64,000 nt of DNA. Origin: a virus. The DNA is taken from positions 47,161 through 111,160 of IMG/VR virus record IMGVR_UViG_3300047325_000170, one strand, 5' to 3'. Positions 58,793 through 64,000 of the stretch are shown piece after piece. Under the pieces are notes generated by a model. It saw only the letters and a list, made by a program, of their open reading frames with translations. It made no database searches and was not told the origin of the DNA. Position 1 is the stretch's first letter, and every line of letters starts with the position of its first letter. The translations under genes were made by a program, and so were the position numbers.

Positions 58793-58904
58793 GGTGATGT
58801 CTTGAGTTGAAGCTTGGGAATGCTCATTCCGTCTGTGCTTTTCCACGCTAGGAGTGGGAGGGTCGTGCCAGAGGCATTTGCCTCACACCTGGAAGGAGAT
58901 CTCC

Positions 58905-59270
58905 ATGGCAGACAACACCCAAGCGGATCGTAAGCCAACCGAACTCGACGAGGCCCTCGCGGCCGTTCCCGTCGGTGGTATCGCGATCTACAACCTGCGT
59001 CCGCAAGACGCGAAGTCGCTGAAAGCCCGTTTCACCGTCCTCTTCGGCGGTCTCGGCGCAGTCATCGGCTGCTCGTACTTCGTCGGCCAGAATGGCCCGT
59101 ACGTCCAGCATTCCGCCAAGACGGACCGTATCGTCAACGGCAAGCCGGACTACATCACCACGGCGAAGTTCACGCCCGAGGTGCAGGCCAAGATCACCAA
59201 CGCGGTGGGCAACATGCTCGCCAAGTTGGAACCGCCTACCAAGGCGAAACCGACCGCCGAACTGGTCTAA
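58905..59270 (+). CDS. SpoVG-like nucleic-acid-binding protein
   Basis: LKARFTV...GQNGPYVQ.S.K...DY...PEVQAKITNAV resembles the SpoVG pattern; RBS AAGGAG. Confidence 0.55.
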   Translation: MADNTQADRKPTELDEALAAVPVGGIAIYNLRPQDAKSLKARFTVLFGGLGAVIGCSYFVGQNGPYVQHSAKTDRIVNGKPDYITTAKFTPEVQAKITNAVGNMLAKLEPPTKAKPTAELV

Positions 59271-59435
59271 GCAAACCAACCACGTCAAATCCCCCTTGTT
59301 TCGCACTTGCGAGCAAGGGGGATTTTGCTTCCTAGTCCAAGCATTTCTCCCCTGTCCAAGCACGGCTCAGTTCAAATGCCGTAGTTGGGCCAGGATGACG
59401 CCGTGGAGTGGAAGTGCCGTGATTGGAGGTTCACC

Positions 59436-59567
59436 ATGAACCAGCGTACCTCAGCCTGGACGATCCTTTGGATCATCCTCTCAACGACCGTTCTCTGCTA
59501 CCTTGCTTACCAAGGCATAGGCCATGTCCTCGACATCCCCTGCAACCACATCGGAGCAATCTGTTGA
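59436..59567 (+). CDS. Small membrane protein (43 aa)
   Basis: RBS GGAGGT; one hydrophobic helix. Confidence 0.6.
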   Translation: MNQRTSAWTILWIILSTTVLCYLAYQGIGHVLDIPCNHIGAIC

Positions 59568-59735
59568 TCTACGACATCGTAAACAAGGTCAAGATCCGTC
59601 CCCGGACGATCATCAGAGCTGAGATGCCTGAAGATGCTCGAGCTCGCTGGAATCAGGTTTACGCTCGCCTACGGGCCGGAAAGTCTCCCGTCGAATAGTC
59701 CACGTCCGAAGTGGTGGAGAATTGGAGGATCTCTC

Positions 59736-59897
59736 ATGATCACACGCACCATCTTCACCGGATTCCCCGGCCTCCTCACGGGAGTGCTCGCGGGCGGATC
59801 GCTCTTCGCAAGCTTCGGGTGGAAGATCATCTTCGGATTGATCATCATCCCGTTCGTTCCATTTCCCTTTAACGTTCCAGTTATGTTGCTGATCTAA
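59736..59897 (+). CDS. Small membrane protein (53 aa)
   Basis: RBS GGAGG; hydrophobic. Confidence 0.6.
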   Translation: MITRTIFTGFPGLLTGVLAGGSLFASFGWKIIFGLIIIPFVPFPFNVPVMLLI

Positions 59898-60022
59898 TGG
59901 CAAAGATCAAGCAGCAAATCTACCCGCTGCTCGGTACCCTGCTCTTCGCGAGCCTCGTCATGACCCTCGGGACCGAAGCAGCCACCTACCTGCGTATCTA
60001 CACCGCGAGGTACCTCACATGA
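59897..60022 (+). CDS. Small membrane protein (41 aa)
   Basis: TAATG coupling to upstream gene; hydrophobic. Confidence 0.5.
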   Translation: MAKIKQQIYPLLGTLLFASLVMTLGTEAATYLRIYTARYLT

Positions 60023-60138
60023 GCCATTTCATTCTCAACTTGGCAACCGCCGCCAATCCCTTCCTCGTCGGTGGGGTGATCTTCGTGGTCACGCTCTTTG
60101 TTCTGATGGTTTTCTTGTCGTTCAACAAGGCCATCTAA
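60019..60138 (+). CDS. Small membrane protein (39 aa)
   Basis: ATGA coupling; hydrophobic. Confidence 0.5.
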   Translation: MSHFILNLATAANPFLVGGVIFVVTLFVLMVFLSFNKAI

Positions 60139-60225
60139 TACCCCGGCCGACTGTGCCCAGATGCTCTTGATGGTCACGCCTCGAGTGGAAGAAGGTCGAA
60201 TCCCATCGTCCAAAGGAGGTCTAAC

Positions 60226-60405
60226 ATGCTAACCCTCGCAGGTCTCAGCGCGCTCGGCATGCACATGGTCATGTCCGCCAGCGCTATCAAGCTCAAGTAT
60301 GCCATCGTGACCGGCAATCTGCCGTACCTGGCACACCACGAAGTCTACAAAGTCACGATGCATGCGGTACGTCCGCTGCTCTTCTGGCATCCGCTGGGAC
60401 GCTAA
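60226..60405 (+). CDS. Hypothetical protein (59 aa)
   Basis: RBS AAGGAGGT. Confidence 0.65.
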   Translation: MLTLAGLSALGMHMVMSASAIKLKYAIVTGNLPYLAHHEVYKVTMHAVRPLLFWHPLGR

Positions 60406-60434
60406 AGAATCTCTTCAGCATAAGGAGTAACCAC

Positions 60435-60689
60435 ATGGTCATCCTCGTTGTCGTCGTCTGTTCGATCATTTACCTTGTCGCACGCGGCGGCAACGAGGCC
60501 TTCGGCTCCAGCATCGGCACCTTCATGATCTTTGCTGGCTTTGGCCTCATAGCACTCATGGCGCTCTTCGCTCTCTCAGCGATCATCGTGCCTCTCCTGA
60601 TGGGACTCTTCATTCCCATCGCTTTCATCTGGGGACTCTTCCTGATCTTTCGCTGGGTCTTCTTCGGACCCAAGGAGGCCTGCAAGTGA
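60435..60689 (+). CDS. Membrane protein (84 aa)
   Basis: RBS TAAGGAG; mostly hydrophobic. Confidence 0.7.
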   Translation: MVILVVVVCSIIYLVARGGNEAFGSSIGTFMIFAGFGLIALMALFALSAIIVPLLMGLFIPIAFIWGLFLIFRWVFFGPKEACK

Positions 60690-61140
60690 AGATCCTTACG
60701 TCGTATCTTCGCTACCAATACTACATGGCCAAGGCCCGCTACTACAACCTCAAGGTCAAGTACCTTGAGTGGCGCTGGATGCGCACCTTTCACCGATGAG
60801 CAAGCAATACCGCTGCTCCGGTTCTATCGAAGCAGGCTGGGCGCTCATTGGCAGCGTGAAGAACTTGATTCTTTACGCTGCCAATGAGTCTTGCGTGGAT
60901 GTCAAGATAAAAGTTACTGCCGGCCTCCGCGGTCGCACCATCTACTTTGCCGTGGCGGATGAGGATCATGCGAAGGTCCTACAATTCCAGACGATGGTGA
61001 AGTCGATCCGTAAAACGGCATGTTAGGCAACTGATGGGAAAGTTTGGTTTCTTCATCAGAGGTAAACTCTTCAACCTCTTCGTGGGGGTTTGGGGGCAAC
61101 GCCCCCATATCTACCTCTACCCACGAATCAAGCTCTGGCC

Positions 61141-61527
61141 ATGGGGAAAGAAACGAAAATGAGCTGGCAACACCAAGAGACCCGCATGTACCTGGGAGGT
61201 ACCCTTCCCTTAGTCTCCTTCGCCAACGACCAAGGAGACCGCGCAGAGTTCTTGCCCTGTAACCCAGAGAAGCAAGGGCTCTATCCCGATTTCCTCGGGT
61301 ACTTGAAGTTCTATCTTCACGGTTCCCATACCGAGACCAAAGTCGGCCTCAACGTGAAGGGGGGCGAGATCACCTGGCACACCACGAGCGAGGCGACCCG
61401 CCGCTTCGCCAAGGAAGACTTCCTCGCGTTGATCGGGGAAGGCATTCGCTACGCCGAGCGAGCGGGATTTACGTTCCCCTCCTACTTTCGCTTGAAGAAG
61501 TCGCCTCCCACCCTTCACATCATCTAA
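61141..61527 (+). CDS. Hypothetical protein upstream of Cas7-like gene
   Basis: Co-oriented ORF ending 9 nt before next start; start uncertain (61141 or 61159). Confidence 0.55.
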   Translation: MGKETKMSWQHQETRMYLGGTLPLVSFANDQGDRAEFLPCNPEKQGLYPDFLGYLKFYLHGSHTETKVGLNVKGGEITWHTTSEATRRFAKEDFLALIGEGIRYAERAGFTFPSYFRLKKSPPTLHII

Positions 61528-61536
61528 GGAGAAGGC

Positions 61537-62235
61537 ATGCCCAGAACGGCAAAACCCACCGATATCGATCTCAAAGCCGCCGCCAAGAAAGCCATCGCAG
61601 AAGCGACCTCCGGCTCCCACGATCTCACGATCACGATCCCCGAGATCGAGAAGCGCAAGGTCGTCATCCGCGTCGTCGGCGACACCCCGCTCATCACCCA
61701 TTGCTGGTCCGAGAAGGCCAAAGAGATGATGCGGATCAAGCAGACCAAGGGTGCGGCCCTGGCAAAGTCCGCCAAGAACGCAGCCGAAGACGTCGATGGA
61801 GCCACCTACTGGCTCGACAAGGAGAAAGGGCACGTCGGCTTCCCGGCCATTGCATTCAAAGCATCGATGGTTGATGCGGCGGTTGCCCTGGGCGGCAAGA
61901 AGACCGAAACGCGCCGAGCCTTTCGCATCGTCGGCATTCCCACCGTCCAGTACGGTGAGCTCGTGAAGATCGAGTACCAAGAGATGGTCCAGCGCGAAGA
62001 CATGGTGCGCGTTGGCATGGGCACGGCCGATCTTCGCTACCGTCCCGAATTCCGTGGCTGGCACGCCGACGTCACCTTCATCTACGACGCACGCCAGATC
62101 AGTCCGGCACAAATCATCTCCCTGCTCAACCAGGCCGGCTTCTCAACGGGCATCGGTGAGTGGCGGCCCGAACGGGATGGATCCTACGGGATGTTCTCGG
62201 CCACCGAAATCATCGGAGACATCACCCCACAATGA
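61537..62235 (+). CDS. Stand-alone Cas7/RAMP-like protein
   Basis: RAMP-like order of elements: IRVVGDTPLITH, FPAIAFKASMVDAA, RPEFRGW, terminal Gly-rich loop AGFSTGIGEWRPERDGSYGMF; RBS TAAGGAG. Confidence 0.7.
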   Translation: MPRTAKPTDIDLKAAAKKAIAEATSGSHDLTITIPEIEKRKVVIRVVGDTPLITHCWSEKAKEMMRIKQTKGAALAKSAKNAAEDVDGATYWLDKEKGHVGFPAIAFKASMVDAAVALGGKKTETRRAFRIVGIPTVQYGELVKIEYQEMVQREDMVRVGMGTADLRYRPEFRGWHADVTFIYDARQISPAQIISLLNQAGFSTGIGEWRPERDGSYGMFSATEIIGDITPQ

Positions 62236-62738
62236 CCAAAGCTGTTCAAGCGCGCCTCGATGAGCTCGCCGGGAGATCCGGCGGCCTCACCGTGGCCACC
62301 GTCCTCAAGGATGCCCGCAATCCCAAGAGCCCCCTCCACACCGAGATCGATTGGGATAAGGAGCGCAACTACCAAGCCGGTCTCAAAGAGCAAGCTCGCG
62401 AACTCATTCGCCGCTATACCGTTTCTTACGTCAAGGGCGAAAGGAAGTTCCAGAAGTACATCTACAATCCACGGACCCATCAACGCGAGAGCGTCGTGCA
62501 AGCCCTCGATTCAGCACAGGTCGCAAGCAACATCGCGATCACCCTTCACGACGAACTCGTGAACTTTGCCAATCGCAATGCGGCCTACTTCAAGATGTTT
62601 CCCAACCTCAAGAAGGCCTCATGGATGCTCGACCAACTCATCGATGAGTTCAAGACTGTCAGCAAGACGATCTCGGCTGCTGCGACAACCAAACCCCTCA
62701 AGACCACCCCGAAGACCACCCGCAAGAAGGTCGCCTAG
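62232..62738 (+). CDS. Accessory protein (168 aa) coupled to Cas7-like gene
   Basis: ATGA overlap; GGLTVATVLKDARNPKSPLH..IDWD...QARELIR; basic tail. Confidence 0.7.
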   Translation: MTKAVQARLDELAGRSGGLTVATVLKDARNPKSPLHTEIDWDKERNYQAGLKEQARELIRRYTVSYVKGERKFQKYIYNPRTHQRESVVQALDSAQVASNIAITLHDELVNFANRNAAYFKMFPNLKKASWMLDQLIDEFKTVSKTISAAATTKPLKTTPKTTRKKVA

Positions 62739-62743
62739 ATCCC

Positions 62744-63088
62744 GGCAGGCTCGGCGTGGCGGGGCACGTCCGGGCGCGGTTAGGCCCGGCACGGCACGGC
62801 AGGCGTGGCTTGGCCCGGCAGGTCCAGGCCTGGCCTGGCTTGGCAGGTAAGGCAAGGCCCGGTGCGGCCCGGCGTGGCACGGCAACGCAAGGACCGGCAA
62901 GGCAGGCTTGGCAAGTCGGGGCGCGGTGCTGCTGGGCATGGCCAGGTCCCGCTTGGCACGGCAGGCAGGGTGTGTCCAGGCGAGGCGGGGCTTGGCAAGG
63001 CTTGGCAAGATGCGGCGTGGCAGGCGGGGCAGGCAAGGCAGGTAGGGCTTGGCTGGGCAAGGCCGGGCCCGGCGTGGCAGGCAGGGCA
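62744..63088 (+). repeat. Non-coding GGY-NN pentamer array punctuated by GGCA (candidate guide-RNA array)
   Basis: ~60 pentamers with near-constant GGC/GGT and variable dinucleotide; phase reset by GGCA tetramers. Confidence 0.85.
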
Positions 63089-63166
63089 AACATAATCCCG
63101 TTCCGAGATCCACGTCTCGAGTGGTTGAGTCGTGAAGTTATCTCTCTCTTTTCAAGGAGTTCACTT

Positions 63167-63379
63167 ATGTTCACCGCAGGCTTTCTCTTTGGCCTGGGCG
63201 CCTTCATGGCGGCCCCGGCCGGTACTTACCTCGGCATCGGCTTGCTCGGTGTCGTACGTAGCGTGAGCCAAATGGCCAACGGCACCGTCGACTTCGCAGC
63301 CAACCGCGTGGCCGACAGTCTCAACACCGTCACCGAAAAGATCTCGCAGATCCGCCACAAGCAAAAGGCGGCTGCCTAG
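63167..63379 (+). CDS. Small membrane-associated protein (70 aa)
   Basis: RBS AAGGAG after motif copy 63110; terminator 63388-63419. Confidence 0.7.
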   Translation: MFTAGFLFGLGAFMAAPAGTYLGIGLLGVVRSVSQMANGTVDFAANRVADSLNTVTEKISQIRHKQKAAA

Positions 63380-63444
63380 AATGCACGGAAGGCTTACCTA
63401 CTACAGGTAAGCCTTCTTTGTATCCCTTCAGGTTCCAATGAAAA

Positions 63445-63918
63445 CTATACGGTCATGTCTTCTAAGGGAAAACAACCATGATGCTCCGCGATGCGGTCCT
63501 CGTCCCACCAATCTCTTTCGACGAAGCTCGGGTCCGCCAACAAGCGAAGGCTGACTACTGCCGTAACGCCCATCTTCTCTTGCCCAAGGGCTATCAACAT
63601 CGGTATGCCCACGAGGATCCCAAGCTGATCGATATGGCTTTCCACGAGGCAGGACATATCCTTATCGCTCAGGTCCTTGGATGGGAAGTCAACTACTCTA
63701 CTATCGAGGTATTTAGTAGGGCCGAAAGTCTGCCCGATACGAACAAAGCCTTTACGTACATCAACTACCCTTCCTGCAGTCGCAATCATATGGGCTTGGC
63801 AACCTTCAAGAGTTTCGCCCGACTTGCCATGGCTGGTCATGCCGCAGCCATACAACTGTACGGATGTCATTACCACGCTGGGTCTCGCGGCGACATCAAC
63901 GGTCTGAAATTGCGCCAA
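63445..63918 (-). CDS. Hypothetical protein (157 aa), convergent block
   Basis: TTG start directly after the TAG of an ORF entering from the window edge. Confidence 0.45.
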   Translation of the reverse strand: MAQFQTVDVAARPSVVMTSVQLYGCGMTSHGKSGETLEGCQAHMIATAGRVVDVRKGFVRIGQTFGPTKYLDSRVVDFPSKDLSDKDMSCLVESHIDQLGILVGIPMLIALGQEKMGVTAVVSLRLLADPSFVERDWWDEDRIAEHHGCFPLEDMTV

Positions 63919-64000
63919 CTAACCTGTCCGAAAGCCAAAGATGAACCACTCGCGAAGATTATCCAGCAAGCCGTACGCTACGACAAGCCGCTTATCGAAC

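Larger units (their letters stand above)
53056..63124 (+). promoter_or_regulatory. Dispersed motif YCACG-N5-6-AGDGG, ~20 copies (putative phage early promoter)
   Basis: Copies at 53056, 53406, 54285, 54842, 55105, 55394, 56020, 56598, 57338, 57397, 57633, 58113, 58646, 58843, 59700, 60174, 63110; variants at 53901, 54616, 59396; nearly all intergenic, all on + strand. Confidence 0.75.
53664..63419 (+). terminator. Series of intrinsic terminators closing early cassettes
   Basis: GC stems plus pyrimidine tails starting near 53664, 54252, 55067, 55687, 56528, 56937, 57368, 57604, 58079, 58727, 59287, 63388. Confidence 0.8.

Noticed and set aside
62744-63088. Canonical CRISPR array or simple microsatellite
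   Set aside because: No 25-40-nt repeats with unique spacers; the variable dinucleotides are too diverse and regularly punctuated for slippage.
62566-63207. ORFs on both strands across the pentamer array (e.g. 62756..63379 N-terminal part, 62698..63207)
   Set aside because: Stop-free by-products of a GC-rich period-5 repeat with no RBS; the real downstream gene starts at 63167.

Overview
A 64-kb segment of a large, fairly GC-rich contractile-tailed (myovirus-type) phage genome with two divergent arms. The minus-strand arm (~52 kb to <1) is the virion module: small and large terminase, phosphoesterase, a single-domain Clp-type ATPase, portal-MuF fusion, prohead protease, major capsid, a 3306-aa fibre, neck, two sheath paralogues, three tube paralogues and two chaperones. 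It continues with two giant proteins, one with nuclease-like domains (1728 aa) and one with an RNA polymerase R-x-P...DxDGD catalytic motif (1912 aa). The plus-strand arm (~53-63.4 kb) holds short early-type genes in terminator/motif/RBS cassettes. About 20 copies of a non-sigma70 motif, YCACG-N5-6-AGDGG, mark these cassettes and are the candidate promoter of the phage RNA polymerase. This arm also contains three structured non-coding units, a NADAR gene and a SpoVG-like gene. The most unusual locus is 61537-63088: a stand-alone Cas7/RAMP-like gene, an accessory gene and a ~345-nt non-coding array of GGY-NN pentamers punctuated by GGCA. It is a candidate RNA-guided system without CRISPR repeats. 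All protein calls come from motif recognition by eye and gene order; no searches were run.
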